IMG/VR virus record: IMGVR_UViG_3300017747_004718
Coordinates: 1 to 43,678 of that record
Source: a virus
Lineage: Duplodnaviria > Caudoviricetes
Reading direction: 5' to 3' (one strand)
Length of the DNA stretch: 43,678 nucleotides
The notes under the pieces are model-generated. The model was not told the DNA's origin. It did no database searches and was given only the letters and a program-made list of their open reading frames with translations. Below are positions 8,284-16,249 of the stretch, one piece after another; positions within the stretch are counted from its first letter, which is position 1; the number at the start of each line of letters is the position of its first letter. The position numbers were made by a program, and so were the translations under genes.

Positions 8284-10613
8284 TCCGTGTAAGTGTTGAT
8301 GATTGCACCTGCGATATTAGTTGTTCCTGTAAACAGCCGATAAGGACGAATGTTCAACTCAGCCCCTGTTCCGTCCAAGACAGACACCGGAAGCTGAACA
8401 GCTAGAGGGGCTGAATTGGAGGACTGATTTGCCACTAGCCAGCCAGACGGAAAAGTGTTCGTTACAAAGTAATCACTTCCGGAGGCAGCCGCTCCATGAA
8501 GTCGCAAGCTGAGAGTCTGTCCCTGCGCAGGATTCAGCCAGTTTACGATGGTGTTCTGTGCGATTCGATTGGTGATGTGGAAGTCATTTCCGTGGTTGCA
8601 GTCCAGCTCGATATAGACCGCGTTGGCCTTGTGAAGCAGTCCGACCAGATTCGTAATCATCACGCTGTTGGAGATCGCTACGCCCTGAATCACCGAGACG
8701 CTATTCGATGCCGCAAGTTCAATAGTGGGTCGACCTGTTCCGCTGCCGGTGAAGGATGCGGCACGCACATCATACGTCACATTGGCATTATCAAGGTTGG
8801 TCCCGCCGCTTCCCGCGCTGCCGGTCAGCGTCAGCGTCACCTTGCGCAACTCCGTATCGTTCACTGCCGCGATGGTAAGATTTCCGCCGTTCACCACGTT
8901 CAACTCTTCCATCGGTCCGACGCTGACGCCGTTGGTCGAAAGCGTTCCGGTAAACCGATTGCCTTCCAGGTTTAGAATCTGCCGCGCAATCTCCACGTTG
9001 CCAGTCACGCTCAAATGCGTTCCGTCGTAATAGCTCGGCCCATTGGTCATGTATTCAGGAAAGAGCAGGTCGCGCCGAATCAATCGCTTGGCCAACCCGC
9101 TATTCGTGAGCAGCATGGAGTTGAACACTGTGCGCCTTCCGTTCTGGGTAGAGTCCATGAATTGCGCAGCGCCCATCGTCGAGGCCCAGACCTCAAAGCC
9201 GTCTGCCGTAGCCCGATTGATATAGCCCAAGTAACCCGCGTAGATGTTCGCCGCCGTGATGCCGTCCACGAAATCGTTGGCCGGAGGCCCGATAACCAAG
9301 ATTGACTTATCTACACCGTAAGCCCCCCCATTCTTCTCTGGTCGCAGATATTGGATGGTGTTGGTGTATTCCTGATCGATGGAGCCAAACCCGCCAGTAG
9401 GAGTAATAAGGCGAGCCCCGGCTTGAGCGTGGTTGTAGACCACAAACGAGTTACTTACGCTAGGATTCTGCCAGAGTTGGAACGGCCAGTTCCAGTAGAC
9501 ATCGCCCGCGAACCCAATGCCATTCCATGCGTCCAAAGACGTTCCCTCAACGACCATGTTTACCCTCTGCGGGGCCAGACCGCGCAAGGCCATGTCCACG
9601 TTCTTCACCTGCTCGTCCGTCAACTGGCCATCAAACAACGCCCAGCTTTCGATATAGCCTCGAAAGGTGCCGTCTGGATACGAACCCGCCGCGTTGTTGT
9701 ATCCACCAAGAATCAACTCCGTCATGTTGATGTTGGTGGGTGGATTCGCAAACACGTTGCTCTTGGAATAGAGACCGTCTGCCCACATTTTCAAACCAGT
9801 GGTTCCGTTTACCCAATAGCCCGCGCTGTGGCGCATGGAGTCTTGGTGGTGCAGCGCCGGAGCGTTAGTGGTAACGGCGAAAGAGAAGTTGGTGTATTTA
9901 ACCGTGTTGCTCTGCGCCATCGCGAGGTAAAAGTAATTATCCCCAAGCGTCTCAACCGCAGTGTAGCTGTGCGTATAACCGTTGGTATTGAAGATACCGA
10001 TCAGTTGCGACTGCGCGACGGCCATGTTTGTAAACGTCCGGTAAGCCACTATCAGCGTGTAGTTCGTCGCATTCGGCACATGAAACATCGGTGCCGCAGT
10101 CGGTGTGCCGTCCAGCAACACGCCGTTGTCATCCAGCGTCTGCGTGGCATTCACCGGACTTGTTGCGTAACCCTTGAACGTCTTAAACGTCGTCGCTGAA
10201 TCTTGGTGGTAACGGAACATCGAAGCCGCATCGAGCATGGTTGACCACAGCCCCGCCCGCTTGATCTGCCGCACGAAGTTATCCAACCGCTCCCGCGCCG
10301 GTTCGTTCGTGACGCTGGCCGAAACGATGTAATCCGCCGCGTTCGTGTCGTATTTGAAAAAGTTGCCCCAAAGCGCATTGGTAGCCCATTCCACGGGTGG
10401 ATTCGTCTTCTGCCCTGCGAGCTGAATCGGCAACTGAATCTCCGTCCCGCTCAGAATCAACGGAGCGAGCACGGTAACGCTGCCCGTCGTCACGCTACCG
10501 CCCCCGCCCGCCGCCACCGGCACCTGGAACATCGCCGCGCGGCCCGTCATGGGCAGGCACGCCAGCAGTGCGAGAGCCAGCCAGTATTTCAAACCGTCGC
10601 GTAGTGTTCTCAT
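8280..10613 (-). CDS. Secreted multidomain protein: LamG-like plus SGNH/GDSL esterase-like domain
   Basis: Signal peptide (..TGRA|A); FRGYIESWALFDGQLT (LamG); VVEGTSL, NHAQAG, AND, DGTHLS (SGNH blocks). Confidence 0.75.
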   Translation of the reverse strand: MRTLRDGLKYWLALALLACLPMTGRAAMFQVPVAAGGGGSVTTGSVTVLAPLILSGTEIQLPIQLAGQKTNPPVEWATNALWGNFFKYDTNAADYIVSASVTNEPARERLDNFVRQIKRAGLWSTMLDAASMFRYHQDSATTFKTFKGYATSPVNATQTLDDNGVLLDGTPTAAPMFHVPNATNYTLIVAYRTFTNMAVAQSQLIGIFNTNGYTHSYTAVETLGDNYFYLAMAQSNTVKYTNFSFAVTTNAPALHHQDSMRHSAGYWVNGTTGLKMWADGLYSKSNVFANPPTNINMTELILGGYNNAAGSYPDGTFRGYIESWALFDGQLTDEQVKNVDMALRGLAPQRVNMVVEGTSLDAWNGIGFAGDVYWNWPFQLWQNPSVSNSFVVYNHAQAGARLITPTGGFGSIDQEYTNTIQYLRPEKNGGAYGVDKSILVIGPPANDFVDGITAANIYAGYLGYINRATADGFEVWASTMGAAQFMDSTQNGRRTVFNSMLLTNSGLAKRLIRRDLLFPEYMTNGPSYYDGTHLSVTGNVEIARQILNLEGNRFTGTLSTNGVSVGPMEELNVVNGGNLTIAAVNDTELRKVTLTLTGSAGSGGTNLDNANVTYDVRAASFTGSGTGRPTIELAASNSVSVIQGVAISNSVMITNLVGLLHKANAVYIELDCNHGNDFHITNRIAQNTIVNWLNPAQGQTLSLRLHGAAASGSDYFVTNTFPSGWLVANQSSNSAPLAVQLPVSVLDGTGAELNIRPYRLFTGTTNIAGAIINTYTE

Positions 10614-11038
10614 TATCGGGGGGTGTAGATAACCGTCACGTCAAAGCTCGCCGTGGAATTCGTCAGCGTCAGATCCGTCGTGCTGGTGCAGACCGTCACG
10701 CCCGTGCTCAACGGTGCGCCGTAGCTGCCGAAGTCGTAACCGCCGCCCGCGCCCGCGAGAATCTTGACCGGGCTGAACGATGGCCGGGAGTTGTTGGCTG
10801 GCGTGCTGGTGGCGTCATACACATGCAGCCACAGATCGCTTGCGCTGGTGTTGCTAACGAACACGGTGAACACCCGCGAGCGCGTGCTCACAGCGGTAAA
10901 GGCGTTGGTGCTGGTGAGACTGCGCGAGATGTTCGCCGCCGCCACAATGCCCTGTGCGTGCGCCTGGGGACTCAGCACCGCCGCCGTCAGCGCCATCGCC
11001 ACCACCAACACCCATCCAAACCATCGTTTCGTTTTCAT
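10613..11038 (-). CDS. Small secreted beta-sandwich protein in the structural module
   Basis: Clear signal peptide (MKTKRWFGWVLVVAMALTAAVLSPQAHA|Q); Ser/Thr-rich mature part. Confidence 0.7.
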   Translation of the reverse strand: MKTKRWFGWVLVVAMALTAAVLSPQAHAQGIVAAANISRSLTSTNAFTAVSTRSRVFTVFVSNTSASDLWLHVYDATSTPANNSRPSFSPVKILAGAGGGYDFGSYGAPLSTGVTVCTSTTDLTLTNSTASFDVTVIYTPR

Positions 11039-11041
11039 AAA

Positions 11042-12118
11042 TCAGTAAGCCGAACTTCCATAGACCCGCGGCGGCACGCTCGAAGCCTTCCCGCGATACG
11101 GGAAGAACCGGTTCGCCTGCTGGATCAAATATCCTTCCGCCTGCTCGTTGGCCTCGCGTCGCGCGTCCGCCTCGTCATCCGCCACCTTCAGGCTGGCCAG
11201 GGCGCTGAATATCGCGAACTGCTCGAACGCCTCCGGAATCTCCACCACCGCCCACTTGGCCGCCGTGTCGTCCGGATCCTCGCCCGCCGTCGTCGTCGTC
11301 ACGCAGGTGTAGAAATTGCCCGCCGTCGTCGCGCTGCTGTAGTAAACCTGCTTACCCGCCGCATACGTGGCCGTGGCGCTGAAGAGCGATCCCGTGAGCC
11401 GCGTGCGGGCGATGCGAAAGGTGATCCAGCAAAACGCCACGTCATCCCGCACATACACCCGGTCTTGAATTTCCTCCCAGTCCAGCCCTTCCCAGCGCGC
11501 GTCACTGCGCGGGTCCACATTCGTCACGTTGAAGGTGTCGCCAATTTCCGTCTGGCCCGTCAGCTCCTTGGCCACATACCGCTGAAACGGCGTGAGCACA
11601 CCCCAGCGTTCATTGCCCGCCGTGGCCGTGGGAATCAACGTGCCGCTGCTGGTGTGCGCCGTGTGGCACTGGTAATAGTTGTTGTCCACCGTGTAATACA
11701 CGATGTCACCCACGTCGTAGGCCGTGGCGGTTACCCAGTCCTCGCCCGCGTAAGTCGTCAGGCACTCCGCCCAGTAGGCGCTGCGTTCTGCGCCGGCGCT
11801 GTCCGTTGGGCTGTTACCGCTGCCCGTCACGCTGTCGCGCAGGCATTGAAAGTATTGCTGTGTCGCCGCATCAAACACCTCGTCCGTCTTGTTGTAGGTG
11901 GAGCCGGCCAGCCAGTTGTCGCGAAAGTAACGGCGCTCCGAGCGCATCAAGAACGGCCACCATGTCTCGAGCCAGCTCTCGTAAATCCATGCCTCGCCGA
12001 TCGCCATATCCAGGTGCCCGCGCACCGCCGCCCAATCGTTGGTGTCCGGCAGTTCCGAGTTGCCCGTGTGCAGCTCGTTGACTCCCTCAAACAGGCGTTG
12101 GGCAGAGACAGTTTTCAT
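11042..12118 (-). CDS. Head-tail adaptor / tail tubular protein A-like with three CBM5/12-like modules
   Basis: Position after capsid genes; helical termini; three copies of W/F-x-A-x-x-x-Y-x-x-G/T-x-x-V...Y/F-x-C...W. Confidence 0.65.
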   Translation of the reverse strand: MKTVSAQRLFEGVNELHTGNSELPDTNDWAAVRGHLDMAIGEAWIYESWLETWWPFLMRSERRYFRDNWLAGSTYNKTDEVFDAATQQYFQCLRDSVTGSGNSPTDSAGAERSAYWAECLTTYAGEDWVTATAYDVGDIVYYTVDNNYYQCHTAHTSSGTLIPTATAGNERWGVLTPFQRYVAKELTGQTEIGDTFNVTNVDPRSDARWEGLDWEEIQDRVYVRDDVAFCWITFRIARTRLTGSLFSATATYAAGKQVYYSSATTAGNFYTCVTTTTAGEDPDDTAAKWAVVEIPEAFEQFAIFSALASLKVADDEADARREANEQAEGYLIQQANRFFPYRGKASSVPPRVYGSSAY

Positions 12119-12124
12119 CCGTGG

Positions 12125-12511
12125 CTAATTGTCCGCGAACGTCTTGGTGAATCGTTTCTCCGGCGGCACCCAGCCCACCGTGAGCTTCAATCCGTTGCCC
12201 GGTGCCGCACCGCGACTCAGCGGCTTGGTTTCCGGCGCAATGCGGTCGATGTATTTGTTGAACCCCTTGTCCTTCCAACAATCGTGCGTGCCCATCTTCA
12301 GCGCCCAGTCATGGTAGGCAAAGGCATCGATGTGCCGCGTCACCGCGCCCATGCCCTCGAGCGCATTGGTTTCACGACAGGCTTTGGCAAACGCCTCTTG
12401 CTCCTGCTGTGCGCGGGCCGCTTCCGCGAGCCATTCCTGGCGCACCATTTGTTCCAGGGCCAGCGCGGTTTGCGGGCTGATGTGCAACTCGAGTTCGCTC
12501 AGTAGGCTCAT
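12125..12511 (-). CDS. Hypothetical protein (head-completion region)
   Basis: 128 aa ORF in operon order, phage-like codon usage. Confidence 0.7.
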   Translation of the reverse strand: MSLLSELELHISPQTALALEQMVRQEWLAEAARAQQEQEAFAKACRETNALEGMGAVTRHIDAFAYHDWALKMGTHDCWKDKGFNKYIDRIAPETKPLSRGAAPGNGLKLTVGWVPPEKRFTKTFADN

Positions 12512-12519
12512 GAGGTAGG

Positions 12520-12564
12520 AAAATGGCGCGGGCAGGGGACCGGGCAGGTTTACCCCGCCCGCGC
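12520..12564 (-). terminator. GC-rich hairpin, putative intrinsic terminator after the capsid genes
   Basis: gcgcgggcaggg ... ccccgcccgcgc stem followed on the minus strand by a short T run. Confidence 0.5.
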
Positions 12565-12583
12565 AGACACGGACCGTTGCCGG

Positions 12584-13147
12584 TCAGAACTTGTATTTGG
12601 CCGGTTCCACCACGCGCCACAGGATGCGCAGCTTGCCCGCCTGATAGTTGTCCACCGTGGAGCCCGTGCTGCCGACCGTGGCCAGCAGGTTGATCGCCGC
12701 CGTGGTGGACTTGTAAGGAATCGCGAGGTTGGTGGAGAGGCACCAGACGGTGAACCCGTTCGCCACCTGAATGCTCGCGCCATCGATGCAGTTGGAACCG
12801 AAGAACCGGTTCGTGGTGCCCGTGATGCCGATGGTCAACGCCAGGTTGGTCGCCCCGGTGGTGGTGCTGGTGAATCCCTCGTCGATGTAGAACGCCACGC
12901 GGTCGATATACGCGTTCGTCGGGATGGTCATCAGCGTCAGCGTGGTCAGCGAGTTATCGCTGGCGTTCAGGTCGTCCCAAGTGACCTTCGCGCCATGAGT
13001 GAAGCCGCTGGCCGCCTTGGTGTCCGTCGGCAACACCTGCACGTCCAGCGCCTGCATCTGGAAGGGAGTCGCCACGGTCATGATCAACATCGCCAGCAGC
13101 ATGAGCAGCGAGGCGAAGCGTTCAGTGAGAGTTTGGTTCTGTTTCAT
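12584..13147 (-). CDS. Capsid-decoration-like beta protein with N-terminal signal peptide
   Basis: Directly downstream of the major capsid gene; hydrophobic leader FASLLMLLAMLIMTVATPFQMQA; beta-rich body ending AGKLRILW. Confidence 0.65.
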   Translation of the reverse strand: MKQNQTLTERFASLLMLLAMLIMTVATPFQMQALDVQVLPTDTKAASGFTHGAKVTWDDLNASDNSLTTLTLMTIPTNAYIDRVAFYIDEGFTSTTTGATNLALTIGITGTTNRFFGSNCIDGASIQVANGFTVWCLSTNLAIPYKSTTAAINLLATVGSTGSTVDNYQAGKLRILWRVVEPAKYKF

Positions 13148-13192
13148 AATCGGTTTCAGTAAAAGGTTTCGTTTACAGGTTCAGGTCATCGA

Positions 13193-14194
13193 TTACGTGG
13201 TGGCGTTGAACTTGCCGAGCCCTTGCGGGTTGAGGCATTTGAAACCCCAGATGGCGTCCACGAGGAAACGGGGACCACCGCCGCGATCTTCCAGTTCTTT
13301 CACGCGAGGCTTGCGCTTGTAGTGGAGCGAGAGCAACGCCATCTTGAGCAGATACCCGCGGCGCAACTGTGCGGCGGTGCTGCCACCAAATACGGCCGTG
13401 CCGTTGTAGAGCGTGGGATGGATGTTGATCTTGCCGAAGTCCCCGTCGAACTGCGTCACCACCGTGCCGAGCATTCCCTTGAACTCGGTGTTGTAGGTGC
13501 GAATCTGGGAGAACGTGTTCGTGGCCGCACTCACGCGGGTGGACATGGCGCTGATGGCCCGGCGCAACTTTGGTCCGCACGGCAAATCGAAATCGCCAAT
13601 TTCGCCCGTGACGTTGTAAACGCTCTCGAGCACATCGCCGATCGTGGTTTCGGTGACGCTCGCCATCGCCGTGGCATCGATGCTGGCCGCCGGCGTGAGA
13701 TACAACGTATCCACCGGAAGCGTGGCCTGGGCCGTGGACTGAATCCAGACACCCAACCCGCGCGGCTTGTAGGGATTGCCGGCCGTTTCCGCCTGCGTTT
13801 CTTGATCGCCGCAGATGGAGCCCTCGATGGAGCGGGCCATTGCCTTGAGCAGCTTGCGCACGGACTCCGCCTTTTCACCACCGGGCAGGCCGGCGACGTT
13901 GGAAACATTCTCCGCCAGGTCCGACACGCCAGCCGAGTCGCGATACTTGGTCGCATAGATTTGCGCCAGGCGTCGGTTCTCGGACGTGTTGCGGAACGTA
14001 TCCACATCCGTGCCGTCTTCCACGGCCAGATCGGCTTCGTCCTCGAAGTCGTCCATCTGCCATTCCATCAGCATATTGCTGATGTCTTCACCCTTGGGGA
14101 TCATCGCCTGCACCGGAGTGGACTTGGCGTCCACGCGGGCGATGATGTTTGCGAGCATCTCGCGCTTACCGATTTGATTCCGTTCAATTAACAT
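13193..14194 (-). CDS. Major capsid protein (DUF5309/SU10-like)
   Basis: 333 aa from ATG 14194; GKRE..NII..VD...TP, EWQMD, EDG.D, PRGLG.WI, FDGDFG.I.I motifs; follows the scaffold gene. Confidence 0.85.
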   Translation of the reverse strand: MLIERNQIGKREMLANIIARVDAKSTPVQAMIPKGEDISNMLMEWQMDDFEDEADLAVEDGTDVDTFRNTSENRRLAQIYATKYRDSAGVSDLAENVSNVAGLPGGEKAESVRKLLKAMARSIEGSICGDQETQAETAGNPYKPRGLGVWIQSTAQATLPVDTLYLTPAASIDATAMASVTETTIGDVLESVYNVTGEIGDFDLPCGPKLRRAISAMSTRVSAATNTFSQIRTYNTEFKGMLGTVVTQFDGDFGKINIHPTLYNGTAVFGGSTAAQLRRGYLLKMALLSLHYKRKPRVKELEDRGGGPRFLVDAIWGFKCLNPQGLGKFNATT

Positions 14195-14224
14195 TTGGTT
14201 GGTTTCTTCCGGCAAGAAAAGGCG

Positions 14225-15493
14225 TCAATCGTCGCCCAGCATGGATTCAATCAATTGTCTGCCAGCCGCGGAGTCGCCTGATTCCATGAACCTCTGTTCC
14301 GCATTGCGCAGCGATGCCTTCGCGCGGTTCACCGGAGCCGCTTGCGCAGCCGGTTTGCCGGGAGGTCGCAGGGCCGGACGCGGTGCCGGTGGAGCCGCCG
14401 CCACTGCTGGCGCCGCTCCATTGCCGTGCCCGCTGCTCTTCACCTTCTCTCGGAGCAACGCAAACGCCATCGCATCGGAAGCCATGAGCCTCAGAGCGGG
14501 TTCGTTTCGCAGCACCGGGAAGTTGCGCAGCAACGTATCGAGAGCCCGGCTGTGTTCGCTCGTGCGATCCTTCAGGGCGGGATGACGCTGCGGCAGGATG
14601 GTTTCCACATTGCGCGCCGCCTCGGCCCGCTTCTGTTTCACCGTCTGCAACTCCGTCTCCTTTTCCCTGAGAGTCCGCTCGGCTTTCCGCCGTTCTGCCC
14701 GCAACTGCTCACGCGTCCATTGCACACCGTCCGCCGTCGTGGCGCCGTCGGGATTGTCATCCACGAAATCCAGCACCCGTTCAGCCCTGGCAATGTCCGA
14801 TTGGATCGCCTGCTCGGCATCCGTCGGCATGGCTTGCGCCGCACCGGGATTACTTCGCAGTTGTTCCACTTCCTCGCGCAACTGGTTCAGCTCCGTCTCC
14901 CGCGCACCTTCCACCTCCCGCACCTTGGCGTTTAGTTTCTTGATGCGCCGCAGATACGACGCCGGCCACTTGCGCTCGCGAGCGAGTGCGTCCAGCGCCT
15001 CGTCGTCCGTCGGTTCCCCGTCCGCATCAGCTTGCGCTTCCGCGGTCGGTTCCTGTTCATTGGAATCATCGTCCCCTGTCGCTTCCTCGGCCTCTGCGGT
15101 TTCTTCGCCGGATGTTGGTTCATCCTCCGCAGTGGCGTCGTCGGCGACAGCCGTTACGTCCTCGCCCGTCTCGCCCTCATCGTCCTCGTTCACCGGTTCG
15201 CTGTTGGAATTGGCGTTCCGCGTGTTCGATTTCTTCGGTGGCGTGGTGGGTTCAGACCCAATACTCAGCGACTCCATCAATTCCGCCGTGATGGCAGCTT
15301 CGGAATCACCCTCATTGGTCGCTGGCGCTGGCGGCACGAACGCTTTCGCCCGCACCGCATTGCTTGGACCCGCGGTTGTTTTCGCAGAGGCCGCCGCCAC
15401 CGGAGCCGGCGCACTGGCGACAGCAGGGGAAGCAGGAGGCAATGCGGCGGGGTTACCCGTGGACCCCGTTGACTTTGATTTAGTCTTTGACAT
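14225..15493 (-). CDS. Capsid scaffolding protein
   Basis: Acidic disordered N-half, coiled coil (RRIKKLNAKVREVE), Pro/Ala-rich C-terminus; between portal and capsid; start re-assigned to ATG 15493. Confidence 0.8.
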   Translation of the reverse strand: MSKTKSKSTGSTGNPAALPPASPAVASAPAPVAAASAKTTAGPSNAVRAKAFVPPAPATNEGDSEAAITAELMESLSIGSEPTTPPKKSNTRNANSNSEPVNEDDEGETGEDVTAVADDATAEDEPTSGEETAEAEEATGDDDSNEQEPTAEAQADADGEPTDDEALDALARERKWPASYLRRIKKLNAKVREVEGARETELNQLREEVEQLRSNPGAAQAMPTDAEQAIQSDIARAERVLDFVDDNPDGATTADGVQWTREQLRAERRKAERTLREKETELQTVKQKRAEAARNVETILPQRHPALKDRTSEHSRALDTLLRNFPVLRNEPALRLMASDAMAFALLREKVKSSGHGNGAAPAVAAAPPAPRPALRPPGKPAAQAAPVNRAKASLRNAEQRFMESGDSAAGRQLIESMLGDD

Positions 15494-15582
15494 GCGTTTA
15501 AGCCGGCAAGTCGGCAACAGGGTTTCAGCGGTGAACGCTCCAACCCAGAAAGTCCTGCCTGCACACAACTCCTAAACGCCGA

Positions 15583-15609
15583 AACCCGACAAGGGTCGCT
15601 TGTCGGGTT
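15583..15609. terminator. Perfect 11-bp hairpin AACCCGACAAG-5nt-CTTGTCGGGTT
   Basis: Intergenic inverted repeat upstream of the scaffold gene; adjacent 10-bp-period ttccgtc repeats at 15608-15640. Confidence 0.55.
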
Positions 15610-15643
15610 CCGTCCACTTCCGTCCTGTTCCGTCGTGTTTTGC

Positions 15644-15669
15644 TTTAGCCGAAACTCATAAACTCAGAA
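15644..15669 (+). repeat. Family-B repeat, left arm of an inverted pair
   Basis: tttagccgaaactcataaactcagaa; reverse complement of 15891-15916 with 1 mismatch in 26 bp. Confidence 0.9.
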
Positions 15670-15876
15670 TCAGACCGATTTGATGGTTCGGTAATCGAAT
15701 GGCGTTTCATTGGTTTCCGTGATATTCATTTCGCGGATAACGCAGCCGGTATCGCGGCAGATCCTCGCCATCAGTTCATGCACTTCCCTCCATCCGTCCG
15801 CAATAAGGCGTTCCACGCGAGTTTCCGGCTTGTCGTTGGTTCCGCTGATGATGACTTCCACTTTGTAAATTCTCAT
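15670..15876 (-). CDS. Small hypothetical protein enclosed by family-B inverted repeats
   Basis: MRIYKVEVIISGTNDKPETRVERL..., 68 aa, lower GC, stop abuts the left repeat. Confidence 0.65.
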   Translation of the reverse strand: MRIYKVEVIISGTNDKPETRVERLIADGWREVHELMARICRDTGCVIREMNITETNETPFDYRTIKSV

Positions 15877-15890
15877 GCTTCTGTTCCCCT

Positions 15891-15916
15891 TTCTGAGTTT
15901 CTGAGTTTCGGCTAAA
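15891..15916 (-). repeat. Family-B repeat, right arm (ttctgagtttctgagtttcggctaaa)
   Basis: 9-bp internal period; same motif recurs across the genome. Confidence 0.9.
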
Positions 15917-15926
15917 ATCCCCTCGG

Positions 15927-16214
15927 CTATTCCTCTTCTTCCTTGTCCTTGAGCGAAGCCAGATACTGCGCCACATGCGGCCATTCCCGATACGCATTGG
16001 AATGCAGGTCATGCAGGTGATTGATCGCGTCGCGCAACCCTTTCGCGTAACCCGCCAGTCGTTCCCGGTTGTCCGCCTGCACCTCGAGCGAAAGCGCCTG
16101 CTCCGTTGCCTCCGTCGCCGCGTCAAAGAGAAACTGCGACAGTGCCGCATACGAGCCCGCCGGCATTTCCCGCAACTTCTCCGCCACCTCACACACCTGT
16201 TTCGCTGTCAGCAT
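15927..16214 (-). CDS. Small helical protein downstream of portal
   Basis: 95 aa; typical slot between portal and scaffold (RERLAGYAKGLRD). Confidence 0.7.
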   Translation of the reverse strand: MLTAKQVCEVAEKLREMPAGSYAALSQFLFDAATEATEQALSLEVQADNRERLAGYAKGLRDAINHLHDLHSNAYREWPHVAQYLASLKDKEEEE

Positions 16215-16218
16215 AAAA

Positions 16219-16249
16219 TCTCAACCCTCAACTCCCCAACTCTCAACTA
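16219..16249. repeat. Family-C repeat (tctcaac-type units)
   Basis: tctcaaccctcaactccccaactctcaacta; second copy at 24152-24185. Confidence 0.75.

Noticed and set aside
2615-10613. Diversity-generating retroelement acting on tail or lectin genes
   Set aside because: No reverse transcriptase and no template/variable repeat pair was seen
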